64,000 nt of DNA from Escherichia coli (GTDB lineage: Bacteria; Pseudomonadota; Gammaproteobacteria; Enterobacterales; Enterobacteriaceae), in NCBI RefSeq assembly GCF_013315695.1, contig NZ_CP054353.1; one strand, written 5' to 3'. Under the pieces are notes generated by a model. That model was not told the DNA's origin, ran no database searches, and saw only the letters and a program-made list of their open reading frames with translations. The position numbers and the translations under genes are program-made. This document shows, piece after piece, positions 32,848 through 45,928 of this stretch; the first letter of the stretch is position 1, and the number at the start of each line of letters is the position of its first letter.

Positions 32848-34833
32848 ATGAAAACCGTTAGGGAGTCCACAACGTTGTACAACTTTCTCGGATCGCACAA
32901 TCCATACTGGCGGTTAACGGAAAGCAGCGATGTTTTGCGCTTTTCTACCACCGAAACCACAGAACCTGAACGTACGTTGCAGTTATCTGCCGAACAGGCT
33001 GCTCGCATCAGGGAAATGACGGTCATCACCTCCAGCCTGATGATGAGTCTGACCGTCGATGAAAGCGATCTTTCTGTGCATCTGGTAGGACGAAAAATCA
33101 ATAAACGGGAATGGGCTGGCAACGCGTCTGCATGGCATGACACACCAGCAGTTGCTCGTGATTTATCACACGGACTTTCCTTTGCTGAGCAGGTAGTTTC
33201 TGAAGCACATTCCGCAATAGTGATTCTCGACAGCCGGGGGAATATCCAACGCTTCAATCGGTTATGTGAAGATTACACTGGGTTGAAAGAACACGACGTC
33301 ATTGGCCAAAGCGTGTTTAAACTGTTTATGAGCCGTCGTGAAGCTGCGGCATCCAGGCGCAATAACCGTGTATTTTTTCGAAGCGGCAATGCATATGAAG
33401 TCGAACTGTGGATACCAACACGTAAAGGCCAGCGGCTGTTTCTGTTTCGCAATAAATTTGTCCACAGCGGCAGTGGCAAGAACGAGATTTTTTTAATCTG
33501 TTCCGGCACCGACATTACCGAAGAGCGCCGCGCTCAGGAGCGACTGCGTATTCTGGCAAATACCGACAGTATCACCGGACTGCCGAATCGTAACGCAATG
33601 CAGGAGTTAATCGATCACGCTATTAATCAGGCAGATAACAATAAAGTTGGGGTTGTGTATCTTGATTTGGATAATTTTAAAAAGGTCAACGACGCCTATG
33701 GGCATTTATTTGGTGACCAGTTATTACGCGACGTGTCATTGGCCATTTTAAGCTGTCTCGAACATGACCAGGTGTTGGCGCGTCCAGGTGGCGATGAGTT
33801 TCTGGTACTGGCATCCAATACCTCACAAAGCGCGCTGGCAGCAATGGCATCACGAATTTTGACCCGCTTACGACTCCCCTTCCGCATTGGTTTAATTGAA
33901 GTTTATACCAGCTGTTCAGTGGGTATTTCACTCTCTCCCGAACATGGTTCGGACAGCGCGGCTATTATTCGTCACGCCGACACAGCAATGTACACAGCGA
34001 AGGAAGGCGGACGAGGACAATTTTGCGTTTTTACTCCAGAAATGAATCAGCGGGTATTTGAATATCTCTGGCTGGATACCAACTTGCGTAAAGCACTGGA
34101 AAACGATCAGTTGGTTATTCACTATCAACCGAAAATCACCTGGCGTGGCGAAGTGCGCAGTCTGGAAGCACTAGTACGTTGGCAGTCACCTGAACGTGGG
34201 TTGATTCCACCGTTGGACTTCATTTCCTACGCCGAAGAGTCAGGGCTAATTGTGCCTTTAGGCCGTTGGGTGATTCTCGATGTCGTACGCCAGGTGGCAA
34301 AGTGGCGGGATAAAGGTATTAACCTGCGAGTGGCGGTAAACATTTCTGCACGTCAGCTCGCCGATCAAACCATTTTCACCGCCCTGAAACAGGTTCTCCA
34401 GGAACTCAATTTTGAATACTGCCCTATTGATGTTGAACTGACGGAGAGCTGCCTGATTGAGAATGATGAACTTGCACTGTCTGTTATTCAACAATTTAGC
34501 CAACTAGGTGCGCAAGTGCATCTGGACGATTTTGGTACCGGCTACTCTTCACTTTCGCAACTGGCGCGCTTTCCGATCGATGCGATTAAACTTGACCAGG
34601 TTTTTGTTCGGGATATTCACAAACAACCTGTCTCGCAGTCGCTGGTCCGGGCGATCGTCGCTGTGGCCCAGGCATTGAATCTTCAGGTGATCGCTGAAGG
34701 AGTGGAGAGTAAAAAGGAAGATGCTTTTTTAACCAAGAACGGGATCAATGAGCGGCAAGGATTTTTGTTTGCCAAACCGATGCCCGCCGTCGCCTTCGAA
34801 CGTTGGTATAAACGCTATCTGAAGCGCGCATAA
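32848..34833 (+). CDS. pdeR: c-di-GMP phosphodiesterase (PAS-GGDEF-EAL)
   Basis: 661-aa ORF; degenerate GGDEF (PGGDEF) then EAL domain; position after rnb matches gmr/yciR. Confidence 0.9.
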   Translation: MKTVRESTTLYNFLGSHNPYWRLTESSDVLRFSTTETTEPERTLQLSAEQAARIREMTVITSSLMMSLTVDESDLSVHLVGRKINKREWAGNASAWHDTPAVARDLSHGLSFAEQVVSEAHSAIVILDSRGNIQRFNRLCEDYTGLKEHDVIGQSVFKLFMSRREAAASRRNNRVFFRSGNAYEVELWIPTRKGQRLFLFRNKFVHSGSGKNEIFLICSGTDITEERRAQERLRILANTDSITGLPNRNAMQELIDHAINQADNNKVGVVYLDLDNFKKVNDAYGHLFGDQLLRDVSLAILSCLEHDQVLARPGGDEFLVLASNTSQSALAAMASRILTRLRLPFRIGLIEVYTSCSVGISLSPEHGSDSAAIIRHADTAMYTAKEGGRGQFCVFTPEMNQRVFEYLWLDTNLRKALENDQLVIHYQPKITWRGEVRSLEALVRWQSPERGLIPPLDFISYAEESGLIVPLGRWVILDVVRQVAKWRDKGINLRVAVNISARQLADQTIFTALKQVLQELNFEYCPIDVELTESCLIENDELALSVIQQFSQLGAQVHLDDFGTGYSSLSQLARFPIDAIKLDQVFVRDIHKQPVSQSLVRAIVAVAQALNLQVIAEGVESKKEDAFLTKNGINERQGFLFAKPMPAVAFERWYKRYLKRA

Positions 34834-34980
34834 GTAGATGAATATATATACTTAGCGATATATTCCGTCATTATATATCGTATTCCCGGATGATAATTAG
34901 CCGTTGCTGTTAAACACTTCTCTTTTAGCGGCAATTTTTGCATTATTCATTTTCCCCCTTTTGCTATAAGGATGTCCTTG

Positions 34981-35154
34981 ATGTCTGAATTTGATGCCCA
35001 GCGCGTTGCCGAACGTATTGATATTGTGTTAGATATCCTTGTGGCAGGCGATTACCACTCTGCGATCCATAATCTCGAGATACTTAAAGCAGAACTCTTG
35101 CGCCAGGTTGCTGAATCTACGCCAGACATCCCGAAGGCACCGTGGGAGATTTAA
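34981..35154 (+). CDS. yciZ: UPF0509 small protein
   Basis: ORF 34972..35154; [57 protein letters not shown]. Confidence 0.75.
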
Positions 35155-35243
35155 CAATCGTGCCTTCAGGTTTTCCTATTTGAGGATGCCCGGCGCGTCA
35201 GTATTTTTTTATTTAGTATTATAACGTTATAAGAATTACAGCG

Positions 35244-35993
35244 ATGAATTCCCGACAACAAACTATTCTACAGATGGTCATTGACCAGGGTCAGGTTAGC
35301 GTAACCGATCTGGCAAAAGCCACTGGAGTTTCTGAAGTTACCATTCGCCAGGATCTCAACACCCTCGAAAAACTGAGTTACCTCCGCCGTGCACATGGCT
35401 TTGCAGTATCGCTTGATAGTGATGACGTCGAAACTCGTATGATGAGCAACTATACGCTGAAGCGTGAACTCGCTGAGTTTGCCGCGTCACTGGTTCAACC
35501 GGGCGAAACCATCTTTATCGAAAATGGCAGCAGCAATGCCTTGCTCGCCCGGACTCTGGGCGAGCAGAAGAAAAATGTCACGATCATCACGGTCAGCAGC
35601 TACATCGCGCATTTGCTGAAAGACGCGCCTTGTGAAGTTATTTTGCTCGGTGGCGTGTACCAGAAAAAAAGCGAAAGTATGGTTGGTCCTTTGACACGCC
35701 AGTGCATCCAACAGGTGCATTTCAGCAAAGCATTTATTGGTATTGATGGCTGGCAACCTGAAACTGGGTTTACCGGTCGCGATATGATGCGTACCGATGT
35801 GGTCAATGCCGTGCTGGAAAAAGAGTGCGAGGCGATAGTCCTGACTGACAGCTCGAAATTTAGTGCTGTACATTCATACTCCATCGGCCCCGTTGAGCGA
35901 TTCAATCGCGTGATTACCGATTCGAAAATACGCGCCAGCGATCTGATGCATCTTGAGCACAGTAAACTCACCGTTCACGTCGTTGACATTTAA
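35244..35993 (+). CDS. yciT: DeoR-family transcriptional regulator
   Basis: 249-aa ORF; N-terminal HTH, C-terminal sugar-binding DeoR domain. Confidence 0.9.
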   Translation: MNSRQQTILQMVIDQGQVSVTDLAKATGVSEVTIRQDLNTLEKLSYLRRAHGFAVSLDSDDVETRMMSNYTLKRELAEFAASLVQPGETIFIENGSSNALLARTLGEQKKNVTIITVSSYIAHLLKDAPCEVILLGGVYQKKSESMVGPLTRQCIQQVHFSKAFIGIDGWQPETGFTGRDMMRTDVVNAVLEKECEAIVLTDSSKFSAVHSYSIGPVERFNRVITDSKIRASDLMHLEHSKLTVHVVDI

Positions 35994-36261
35994 CCATTTC
36001 CCTTCTCTACGGATGATTTGCTGTTTTGCAAATCATCCGCTCTAAGATGATTCCTGGTTGATAATTAAGACTATTTACCTGTTATTAACACTTTCAAGAT
36101 ATAAAATTATTATCAGCGATATAACAGGAAGTCATTATCACCTGCGTGATATAACCCTGCGCGCGAGCGGATTTCACGGAATAATTTCACCAGGCTTATT
36201 CTTAGCTATTATAGTTATAGAGAGCTTACTTCCGTGAATCATAAATTCAGGAGAGAGTATT

Positions 36262-36480
36262 ATGTTTGTAACGAGCAAAAAAATGACCGCGGCTGTTCTG
36301 GCAATTACCCTGGCAATGTCTCTGAGTGCCTGTTCTAACTGGTCTAAACGAGACCGTAACACCGCAATTGGCGCGGGCGCAGGTGCATTAGGCGGTGCAG
36401 TACTGACCGATGGCAGTACGTTGGGTACATTAGGTGGTGCAGCCATCGGTGGTGTTATTGGTCACCAGGTCGGTAAATAA
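36262..36480 (+). CDS. osmB: Osmotically inducible lipoprotein B
   Basis: 72-aa ORF MFVTSKKMTAAVLAITLAMSLSACSN...; lipobox LSAC, Gly-rich C-terminus. Confidence 0.95.
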   Translation: MFVTSKKMTAAVLAITLAMSLSACSNWSKRDRNTAIGAGAGALGGAVLTDGSTLGTLGGAAIGGVIGHQVGK

Positions 36481-36574
36481 TCGTAAATAAATGTCGATTA
36501 TCGACTCGCAATTATAATACGCTTGATTCTGTTCAGTACGAAATAACTGAATAATACACACAGTAAAATATTCG

Positions 36575-36603
36575 AAAGCCACGGATATATCCGTGGCTTT
36601 TTA
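36575..36603. terminator. Bidirectional terminator between convergent osmB and yciH
   Basis: Perfect palindrome aaagccacggatatatccgtggcttt followed by ttt. Confidence 0.8.
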
Positions 36604-36605
36604 TG

Positions 36606-36935
36606 TTAGCCGCCTGCGAGTTTTACCTTCATCCCTTTCGCTTCAAGCAGTGATTTTAATAAATCACGCTTATCGCCCTGGATTTCAATAATTCCATCTT
36701 TAACTGCTCCGCCGCAGCCGCATTTTTTCTTCAGTTCCGCTGCCAGTTTCGTCAGTTCGGCATCATCGAGATCGACACCGGTAATCAGGCAAACGCCCTT
36801 ACCTTTACGTCCACTGGTCTGACGCTGAATACGCACCACACCGTCGCCTTTAGGGCGTACAGGGGCCGCTTTTGGCTCATCAATACGTCCGGTTTCCGTT
36901 GAGTAGACCAGACGGCTGTTGGAATCACTCATCAT
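36606..36935 (-). CDS. yciH: SUI1/eIF1-family translation factor homolog
   Basis: 109-aa [25 protein letters not shown]...; start overlaps pyrF stop. Confidence 0.9.
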   Translation of the reverse strand: MMSDSNSRLVYSTETGRIDEPKAAPVRPKGDGVVRIQRQTSGRKGKGVCLITGVDLDDAELTKLAAELKKKCGCGGAVKDGIIEIQGDKRDLLKSLLEAKGMKVKLAGG

Positions 36936-37669
36936 GCACTCCGCTGTAAAGAGGCGTTGATCGCTTTCAGCGTCTGCGCTGGATCTACCGATTGCGTTAC
37001 CGGGCGACCAATCACCATATAATCAACACCAGCCGCCAACGCCTGTTCTGGCGTCATAATGCGGCGCTGGTCACCTGCTTCACTCCCCTGCGGACGAATG
37101 CCCGGTGTAACCAGTTTGAACTCCTGACCGAATACCTGTTTAAAGCGCACAGCTTCCTGAGCAGAACACACCACACCATCAAGGCCACATTTTTGCGTCA
37201 GTGCCGCCAGACGTTCTGCATAATCTGCAGGTGACAGTGTCACGCCAAGATCGGCCAGGTCGCTGGCTTCCATGCTGGTCAATACTGTCACAGCAATCAA
37301 AAGCGGTGCATCTTTGCCAAACGGAACCAGTGCCTCACGCGCTGCGGTCATCATACGCGCCCCACCGGAGGCGTGAACATTCACCATCCACACGCCTAAG
37401 TCAGCTGCAGCAGCGACAGCGTGCGCTGCAGTGTTGGGAATATCGTGAAATTTCAGGTCGAGGAAGATATCAAAACCACGCTGTTGAAGTTCGCGTACAA
37501 ATTGAGGTCCAAACAGCGTAAACATCTCTTTGCCGACTTTCAGACGACAATCGCGTGGGTCGATCTTGTCGACAAAGGCCAGCGCGGCATCACGATTATG
37601 ATAATCAAGGGCAACAACCACAGGAGAATTCGTAACAGCGCGGGAAGAAGATGAAGCAGTTAACGTCAT
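36932..37669 (-). CDS. pyrF: Orotidine-5'-phosphate decarboxylase
   Basis: ORF 36932..37729; start chosen at [12 protein letters not shown] (245 aa). Confidence 0.9.
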   Translation of the reverse strand: MTLTASSSSRAVTNSPVVVALDYHNRDAALAFVDKIDPRDCRLKVGKEMFTLFGPQFVRELQQRGFDIFLDLKFHDIPNTAAHAVAAAADLGVWMVNVHASGGARMMTAAREALVPFGKDAPLLIAVTVLTSMEASDLADLGVTLSPADYAERLAALTQKCGLDGVVCSAQEAVRFKQVFGQEFKLVTPGIRPQGSEAGDQRRIMTPEQALAAGVDYMVIGRPVTQSVDPAQTLKAINASLQRSA

Positions 37670-37860
37670 GACCAGACCTTCTTGATGATGGGCACCGGAA
37701 GTGGCGCGAAACAGGTAAACGGCGAGCATTCTACCCGTGGAAATAAAAAATTAACAGTTGCGATTTCTCCCCTGGCAGGCTTTTCCGCGCCGTCGGTGCC
37801 GGAGCACAATAGAACATCAATAATTAGTATGTTGTAACTAAAGTCGGATTTTTTTGAAAA

Positions 37861-39030
37861 TTACAGGCCATCAAGACCGCGAATCGGTTTAATGGTTGAC
37901 CAGGCCCGACAAGACGGACAATGCCAGTAGAGAGTGTATGCGGTAAAACCACATTTCTGGCAGCGATAACGAGGCTTACTACGCACCCTCTCGCCAACCA
38001 TGTCACGCAGCACCATCAGACTCTCTTTGGCACGCCCTTCTTCTGCTTCATTTAAGTGGTAATCCATTAACTTATGGAACACACGCATGGTCGGATGACG
38101 CTGAAGCTGGCGCGTAATATAGACCTGTGCGGCCTCACTACCGTCGCGCGCTTCGATGATATCCGCAAGCATCAATTCAGCATCGGCACCGGTGTTCTCT
38201 TCCACCGCGCGCTGCAGGAATTCTGCCCATTCGGCAGTTTTACCCAACTGCTGATAGCATGTTTGCAGCATTTCCAGCGTTTCGCTGACCAGTTCTCTGT
38301 CCTGGGATATCACGCGTTGCAGACTTTCGACGGCTTTGGCGTATTCTCCTTTCGCCATAAATACGCGTCCCATCATGATGGATACGCGGGCGCTGTTTTT
38401 ATCTGCCGCCGCACCTTTTTTTAACAAGGCCATGGCACGATCGAGATCGTCGCTGGCCATATGCTGCAGGGCTAACTCACAGTAGAAATGGGCAATTTCG
38501 ACGCGCTGTTTATCTTTACCCAGCTTCACCAGGCGTTCGGCAACATCAATTGCTTTCTGCCACTCGCTGGTAGCCTGGTAGATTTGTAGCAACTGTTGCA
38601 GCGCGCCAATGCGGAAGTCAGTTTCATCGGTCAGCTGATTGAACATGTCTTCCGCGCGGTCGTATAACCCGGCGGCCATGTAATCACGCCCCAATTGTTG
38701 AATCGCCAACAGACGCTGTTCATAGGTCAGCGAGGCGCTTTCCATTAGGGTCTGATGGATGCGAATAGCGCGATCAACTTCGCCACGCGAACGGAACAGG
38801 TTTCCGAGCGTAAGGTGGGCTTCAACGGTACCTGTATCCTCTTTAAGCATATCGAGAAACAGATCTACCGCTTTATCCTGTTGATTACTAAGCAGGAAGT
38901 TAACCCCCGCTACGTAATCACGCGACAAGCGGTTGGCTTCATCTTGCTTGTTTTGTTGCGCACTTCTGCGGCCCATATACCAGCCATAGGCAGCGGCTAC
39001 AGGCAAAAGCAGAAACAACAACTCCAGCAT
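37861..39030 (-). CDS. lapB: LPS assembly protein B (TPR repeats + rubredoxin-like C4 zinc finger)
   Basis: 389-aa ORF MLELLFLLLPVAAAYGWYMG...; C-terminal CQKCGF...CPSC. Confidence 0.9.
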   Translation of the reverse strand: MLELLFLLLPVAAAYGWYMGRRSAQQNKQDEANRLSRDYVAGVNFLLSNQQDKAVDLFLDMLKEDTGTVEAHLTLGNLFRSRGEVDRAIRIHQTLMESASLTYEQRLLAIQQLGRDYMAAGLYDRAEDMFNQLTDETDFRIGALQQLLQIYQATSEWQKAIDVAERLVKLGKDKQRVEIAHFYCELALQHMASDDLDRAMALLKKGAAADKNSARVSIMMGRVFMAKGEYAKAVESLQRVISQDRELVSETLEMLQTCYQQLGKTAEWAEFLQRAVEENTGADAELMLADIIEARDGSEAAQVYITRQLQRHPTMRVFHKLMDYHLNEAEEGRAKESLMVLRDMVGERVRSKPRYRCQKCGFTAYTLYWHCPSCRAWSTIKPIRGLDGL

Positions 39031-39036
39031 AGAAAG

Positions 39037-39345
39037 TTATTCCTTCGACGCAGACGAGTGCGGCGCTACAGCCACGTCAGTCGCGGGTGAAAGCTGGTTT
39101 TCCAGTCGCTTTATTTTACGTTCAGCGCGCGCCAGGGAAACACGAACTCGCAGCCAGAAAAGGCCGCAAATCAGCCAACCGATAGCAAACCCCGCAGCAA
39201 ACAATACCGCCAGCAATGTGGAAATACGGTACTCCCCTTGCGCTAACAGATAATTAAACGTCACCTGTTGATCGTTCTGCGCACCTAACGTAACCGAAAT
39301 CACGAAGATCGCTAACACCAGTAAGAAAATGAGTAAATATTTCAC
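39037..39345 (-). CDS. lapA: LPS assembly protein A (small inner-membrane protein)
   Basis: 102-aa ORF MKYLLIFLLVLAIFVISVTLGAQNDQQVTF... Confidence 0.9.
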   Translation of the reverse strand: MKYLLIFLLVLAIFVISVTLGAQNDQQVTFNYLLAQGEYRISTLLAVLFAAGFAIGWLICGLFWLRVRVSLARAERKIKRLENQLSPATDVAVAPHSSASKE

Positions 39346-39493
39346 ATTACTTCCCGTTATGTGGTTAGAGCGAATAAATTATGATCAACTTACCGCAATA
39401 GCCCTTTAAAGTACCATTTTCGCGCCGTCTGCGAAATGGCATCCACGCGCATTGTTGATGATTTAAGGCCTAAATTCGGAAAATCAACCAGCG

Positions 39494-40258
39494 TTAACTT
39501 TCTTGTTCTCGTTGCGCTATTTCGCGATTTTCTTCCGCAGGTGGTGTTAATGGCCCACAAATTCGTTGCGCAAGCCACGTTGCCACCGCCACCAGCGCCC
39601 ACGAAATCAACGTAGCTACTACCAGATCGCGTGGCCAATGCATCCCGAGCAGCAGGCGGCTTCCCATGACTCCAGTTGCCCAGACCAGCAAGATAGCAAT
39701 GGTTAACGTTCGCCGACGCGGCCACAGCAAACCAACGGCCAGCAGTGCCCAACTGGCAGCAAACATCGTGTGACCGGAAGGAAAGGCAAACCCCGTCTCT
39801 TTCTGCCAGTGTGAACGCAAATATTGTGGGATATTTTTCTCTTCAGCCAACTGTTCTTTCACTAGATTTCCGCGTTCTGCTCGCTTTAAAGTGTAGAACT
39901 CATCAACCGGAATATGATGTGTTTTTTCCAGCCAGATAACAAAAGGTCGTGGTTCCTGGACTTTGTCTTTGATCCAGGATTTAACGCCTTGTCCCACAAG
40001 GATTGCGGCCGCCAGAATGGCAAATAATACAAAGGCAGCCTTAATGCGAAAACGCAGACACCAGAAAAACCAGCCGAATAAAATCAAATGTGTAATGACG
40101 CCCCAGGGCTGGGTGACAGTTTCAGTAACCCAAAAAGCCGCTTTTAGTAGCCAACTTTGTTCTCCAGGTTGCCAACGCCAGCCAGAAATCCATACGGCTA
40201 CTGGCATGACAAGCAATAGTGCAGCTCCCACTGCGGTACGTCTGGCAATCGAACGCAT
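39494..40258 (-). CDS. pgpB: Phosphatidylglycerophosphatase B (PAP2 family)
   Basis: 254-aa membrane ORF with PAP2 motifs (PSGH, SRLLLGMHWPRD). Confidence 0.9.
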   Translation of the reverse strand: MRSIARRTAVGAALLLVMPVAVWISGWRWQPGEQSWLLKAAFWVTETVTQPWGVITHLILFGWFFWCLRFRIKAAFVLFAILAAAILVGQGVKSWIKDKVQEPRPFVIWLEKTHHIPVDEFYTLKRAERGNLVKEQLAEEKNIPQYLRSHWQKETGFAFPSGHTMFAASWALLAVGLLWPRRRTLTIAILLVWATGVMGSRLLLGMHWPRDLVVATLISWALVAVATWLAQRICGPLTPPAEENREIAQREQES

Positions 40259-40427
40259 GGCCTCTCCTTTTTGATAAGTCCCACAATCATAACTGAAAAC
40301 GCCAGTTCCAGGAAAAATTGACAGATTTGTGCCATTCCGTGAACGATCGACGCGTCGTGATTAGGTGAACCCCTTCTCGTTATGGCAAAATAAGCCAATA
40401 CAGAACCAGCATTATCTGGAGAATTTC

Positions 40428-41018
40428 ATGCAGCTTAAACGTGTGGCAGAAGCCAAACTGCCAACCCCATGGGGCGATTTCCTGATGGTGGGATTTGAAG
40501 AACTGGCAACCGGACACGATCATGTCGCGCTAGTCTATGGCGATACTTCCGGGCATACCCCGGTACTTGCGCGCGTCCATTCCGAATGTCTGACCGGTGA
40601 CGCCCTGTTCAGCTTGCGCTGCGATTGTGGCTTCCAGCTCGAAGCGGCACTGACGCAAATTGCCGAAGAAGGCCGTGGTATTTTGCTGTATCACCGTCAG
40701 GAAGGTCGTAACATTGGTCTGCTGAATAAAATCCGCGCTTATGCACTGCAGGATCAAGGTTACGATACTGTAGAGGCTAACCACCAGTTAGGCTTCGCCG
40801 CTGATGAGCGCGACTTCACTCTTTGCGCTGATATGTTCAAACTCCTTGGCGTCAATGAAGTCCGCTTGTTAACCAACAACCCGAAAAAAGTCGAAATTCT
40901 GACCGAAGCAGGGATTAATATTGTTGAACGCGTACCGTTGATTGTAGGTCGTAACCCCAATAACGAACATTATCTCGATACCAAAGCCGAGAAAATGGGT
41001 CATTTGCTGAACAAATAA
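40428..41018 (+). CDS. ribA: GTP cyclohydrolase II
   Basis: ORF 40365..41018; start chosen at [18 protein letters not shown] (196 aa); zinc-binding CxxC...C. Confidence 0.9.
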   Translation: MQLKRVAEAKLPTPWGDFLMVGFEELATGHDHVALVYGDTSGHTPVLARVHSECLTGDALFSLRCDCGFQLEAALTQIAEEGRGILLYHRQEGRNIGLLNKIRAYALQDQGYDTVEANHQLGFAADERDFTLCADMFKLLGVNEVRLLTNNPKKVEILTEAGINIVERVPLIVGRNPNNEHYLDTKAEKMGHLLNK

Positions 41019-41030
41019 CCCTCTTGCATT

Positions 41031-41067
41031 GTGTAATTCATTTGCTTGCCGGAAGCAAAATAACCGG
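41031..41067. terminator. Bidirectional terminator between convergent ribA and acnA
   Basis: atttgcttgccgg-aagcaaaataa-ccggcaagcaaat, perfect 13-bp arms. Confidence 0.8.
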
Positions 41068-41081
41068 CAAGCAAATACTCG

Positions 41082-43757
41082 TTACTTCAACATATTACGA
41101 ATGACATAATGCAAAATGCCGTCGTTCTGGTAGTAGGTCAACTCCGTCGCGGTGTCGATACGACAACGGCAGGGTACGACCTCCTGGCTACCATCCGCGC
41201 GCGTAAGCGTCACCGGAACCGTCGCACCGGGCTGTAGATTTTGCAGATCGCCAATATCAATCTTCTCTTCCCCGGTTAGCCCTAACGTTTTACGCGTTAC
41301 GCCTTGCGGAAATTCCAGCGGCAGGATGCCCATGCCAATTAAATTCGAACGGTGAATTCGTTCAAACGATTCGGCAATCACCACACGAATGCCAAGTAGA
41401 CGCGGACCTTTTGCCGCCCAGTCACGGCTGGAGCCTGATCCATACTCTTTCCCGGCAATCACCGCCAGCGGCGTTTGCTCCTGCTTATAGCGCATCGCGG
41501 CATCATAAATAGAGATGACCTCGCTGTCAGGTAAATGCCGCGTCATCCCCCCTTCAACGCCAGGCACCATTTCATTACGGATGCGAATATTGGCGAAGGT
41601 GCCGCGCATCATCACTTCATGGTTACCACGCCGCGAACCGTAGGAGTTAAAGTCTTTGCGCTCAACACCCCGACCTTGTAGATATCGCCCCGCTGGGCTG
41701 TCGGGCTTAATACTGCCCGCCGGAGAGATATGGTCAGTGGTGACTGAATCCCCCAGCATTGCGAGGATCCGCGCACCGTGAATATCTTCCACAGGTGCTG
41801 GTGTTGCCTGCATTTCATCAAAGAAAGGCGATAAGCGAATATAGGTTGAATCCTCCTGCCAACCGTAGGTATCGGATCGTGCGACGTTAATTTCCTTCCA
41901 CTCTGCTGTGCCTTCAAAAACTTCTGCGTACTCTTTACGGAACATTTCTGTGGAGACTTGTTCTACCGCACGGGCAATTTCTTGTGCCGAGGGCCAGATA
42001 TCTTTCAGATATACCGGGTCGCCTTTACGATCGTGACCAATAGGCTCAGAAGCGAGGTTAATATTCATATTTCCCGCTAGCGCATAGGCAACCACCAGCG
42101 GCGGCGAGGCCAGCCAGTTAGTTTTAACCAGCGGATGGATACGGCCTTCAAAGTTACGGTTGCCGGACAGCACCGCACCGACGGTTAAATCGCCTTTTTT
42201 GATTGCCGTTTCGATAGGATCGGGCAATGGACCAGAGTTACCAATACAGGTGGTACAACCGTATCCCACAAGGTTAAACCCCAGTTCATCGAGATACGGT
42301 GTCAGTTTCGCTTTTGCCAAATAATCAGAAACGACTTTCGAGCCTGGTGCCAGCGACGCTTTGACCCACGGTTGCCGCTTGAGGCCCAGAGTTACAGCTT
42401 TTTTCGCCAGCAAACCTGCGGCCATCAGCACACTTGGGTTAGAGGTGTTGGTGCACGACGTTATCGCAGCAATGACCACCGCGCCATCAGGTAACTGATA
42501 CTGATGTCCGTTCATAACATAATCGACCGGCTGGCGATCTTTATGCGTGGCATTTACTTCCAGTTCGTTACTGGCGGCAAATGCTTTTGGTACATCGGGC
42601 AGTGCAACGCGATCCTGTGGGCGTTTTGGCCCTGCCAGGCTCGCTTCAACGTCATTCATATCCAGTTCTAACGTACTGGTAAAAATCGGTTCATCGCCCG
42701 GGTTACGCCACATGCCCTGCGCTTTGGCATATTTTTCGACCAACTCGACCTGATCTTCGCTGCGCCCGCTTAAACGCATGTAATCGAGGGTGACAGCATC
42801 GATTGGGAAGAAGCCACAGGTGGCACCATATTCTGGCGACATATTGGCAATGGTGGCGCGATCCGCCAGCGGTAGTGAATCCAGACCATCACCATAAAAT
42901 TCGACGAATTTCCCCACCACGCCATGTTTGCGCAGCATTTGGGTAACGGTGAGAACCAGGTCTGTGGCGGTAATACCTTCACGTAATTTTCCGGTAAGTT
43001 TAAAGCCTACTACGTCCGGGATAAGCATGGAAACCGGCTGGCCTAACATTGCGGCTTCGGCTTCGATCCCACCAACGCCCCACCCCAGCACGCCAAGGCC
43101 GTTGATCATGGTGGTGTGCGAGTCAGTACCAACGAGTGTATCCGGATAAGCAATCCATTCACCGTCCTGCAATTCGCTCCACACTGCTTTGCCGAGATAT
43201 TCGAGGTTAACCTGATGGCAAATGCCTGTGCCTGGCGGCACGACACTAAAACGACTGAACGCCTGCTTTCCCCATTTCAGGAACACATAACGTTCGTGGT
43301 TGCGCTCCATTTCCAGGCGCACGTTTTCTTCAAATGCCTCATCATCACCAAAACGATCGACGGTCACCGAGTGGTCAATGACCAGGTCGACCGGTGAGAG
43401 CGGGTTAACCTTTGCAGTATCGCCGCCGAGGCGTTTAACCGCTTCGCGCATTGCCGCCAGATCAACAACGGCAGGTACGCCGGTAAAGTCCTGCATCAGC
43501 ACTCTTGCCGGGCGGTAGGCAATTTCACGGTCAGCATGGGCATTTTTCAGCCATCCCGCCAGCGCGTGGATATCCTCTTCGGTAACCGATTTACCATCCT
43601 GCCAACGCAGCAGGTTTTCGAGCAAAACTTTGAGTGACTTGGGTAGACGGGTGATATCGCCCAGTGATTTGGCAGCAAGCGGCAAGCTGTAGTAGTGGTA
43701 AGTTTTATCTTTGGCCTGCAACGTGTCCTTACTGGCTTCTCGTAGGGTTGACGACAT
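41082..43757 (-). CDS. acnA: Aconitate hydratase A
   Basis: 891-aa [58 protein letters not shown]... Confidence 0.95.
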   Translation of the reverse strand: MSSTLREASKDTLQAKDKTYHYYSLPLAAKSLGDITRLPKSLKVLLENLLRWQDGKSVTEEDIHALAGWLKNAHADREIAYRPARVLMQDFTGVPAVVDLAAMREAVKRLGGDTAKVNPLSPVDLVIDHSVTVDRFGDDEAFEENVRLEMERNHERYVFLKWGKQAFSRFSVVPPGTGICHQVNLEYLGKAVWSELQDGEWIAYPDTLVGTDSHTTMINGLGVLGWGVGGIEAEAAMLGQPVSMLIPDVVGFKLTGKLREGITATDLVLTVTQMLRKHGVVGKFVEFYGDGLDSLPLADRATIANMSPEYGATCGFFPIDAVTLDYMRLSGRSEDQVELVEKYAKAQGMWRNPGDEPIFTSTLELDMNDVEASLAGPKRPQDRVALPDVPKAFAASNELEVNATHKDRQPVDYVMNGHQYQLPDGAVVIAAITSCTNTSNPSVLMAAGLLAKKAVTLGLKRQPWVKASLAPGSKVVSDYLAKAKLTPYLDELGFNLVGYGCTTCIGNSGPLPDPIETAIKKGDLTVGAVLSGNRNFEGRIHPLVKTNWLASPPLVVAYALAGNMNINLASEPIGHDRKGDPVYLKDIWPSAQEIARAVEQVSTEMFRKEYAEVFEGTAEWKEINVARSDTYGWQEDSTYIRLSPFFDEMQATPAPVEDIHGARILAMLGDSVTTDHISPAGSIKPDSPAGRYLQGRGVERKDFNSYGSRRGNHEVMMRGTFANIRIRNEMVPGVEGGMTRHLPDSEVISIYDAAMRYKQEQTPLAVIAGKEYGSGSSRDWAAKGPRLLGIRVVIAESFERIHRSNLIGMGILPLEFPQGVTRKTLGLTGEEKIDIGDLQNLQPGATVPVTLTRADGSQEVVPCRCRIDTATELTYYQNDGILHYVIRNMLK

Positions 43758-44115
43758 AGCTCCTCCTTAATGACAGGGTTGCGAAGCCCTGATTCTCTTC
43801 AGGGTGAATATTAAAGATAACACAAACATCGCGTAACGATTTGATAACAACCCAAATTGATAAAAGAGGAGAAACCTTGAGACAAAGCAAACAGCGGGGT
43901 CAGGGATCAGTGAGTAATGATCCAGAGGAGTTCGGCCCAGAAGAGCATCGACAGAGAAAATGCGCCCATCCAGGACCAATATTTCATATTTGTGTTGATC
44001 ATAGGCTACACCCTTAACGGTTATTACTTTGTGTTGAGATAACTCAACCTGTTATTGCTGCGGTGTATTAAAAGCCCTGTGATTCATTAAAAATGGGTAA
44101 TAAGAATGATGATAA

Positions 44116-44283
44116 TTATTGTTTCGGCTGATCATCTTCAGCAAACAGTTCTATAAAGGCTTGTTGCTGCGATGTTAGTTGCCAGTCGTCTGGAATAACG
44201 ACGGAACATTCCCGTTTTGCTTCTGGTTCATTGTCACTATGCTGACATAATGGTGACGACTCCAGTTGCTCCTGACCGACCAT
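44116..44283 (-). CDS. yciX: Small protein of unknown function
   Basis: ORF 44116..44304; start placed at MVGQEQLESSPLCQHSDNEPE...; assignment from memory of the small genes between acnA and cysB. Confidence 0.55.
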   Translation of the reverse strand: MVGQEQLESSPLCQHSDNEPEAKRECSVVIPDDWQLTSQQQAFIELFAEDDQPKQ

Positions 44284-44285
44284 AG

Positions 44286-44426
44286 TTATCCCCACACTTT
44301 CCAAATCAGCAGTGCGACAACCACCCAGAAAAGTGCAGAACCAAGAAAAACCGCCAGCCAGGCTTTACGTTTTAATTCAGGATCGCGGCGGGGTTCCTGA
44401 TTTCCAGAAGGCATTGCTAACCTCAT
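44286..44426 (-). CDS. ymiA: Small membrane protein (46 aa)
   Basis: Hand-translated on minus strand: MRLAMPSGNQEPRRDPELKRKAWLAVFLGSALFWVVVALLIWKVWG; below the ORF-track length cutoff. Confidence 0.6.
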   Translation of the reverse strand: MRLAMPSGNQEPRRDPELKRKAWLAVFLGSALFWVVVALLIWKVWG

Positions 44427-44744
44427 ATAATCGCCATCACTTATCAGCAAGACGTTGAACGATTGGTGTAATTAATCATACGATGAGACAAATCCTAAAG
44501 AAACTTTAGTCAAAAATCCAGCGAATTTACGAATCGTCTCCAGTGAATAATTCAATCTTTTGACCTGAAATAGATATTTGAAAACTGGAGTTTGCGAGGC
44601 GGGTAATTAGACACTACTTTACAGGTAATTTACCCTATAAATATGAGGGATAAAAATATTGTGCACGGTATAGAAATAAGTAACAAAAGAGAATATATTC
44701 CGGCACCTTCGCTACATAAAAGGTGCCGAAAATAACGCAAGAAA

Positions 44745-45743
<999 letters not shown>

Positions 45744-45928
45744 TCAGAACATCGTTTTTTCGTCACGCCAGGCGGGTGACTAATACGATTTAATAATAAA
45801 AAAGGGGCTAACTATAACCACTATATCATTTATAGCCTTAGTGTATAGGTGTGAAGAAAAAATAATATGCAATAAAAAAGGGCCGCTTTCGCGACCCTTT
45901 GTTTATAAAAACCTGACAAAATTAAAGG

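Noticed and set aside
43767..43979. 70-aa minus-strand ORF immediately upstream of acnA
   Set aside because: It lies in the acnA promoter/leader region with no convincing RBS and low-complexity composition.
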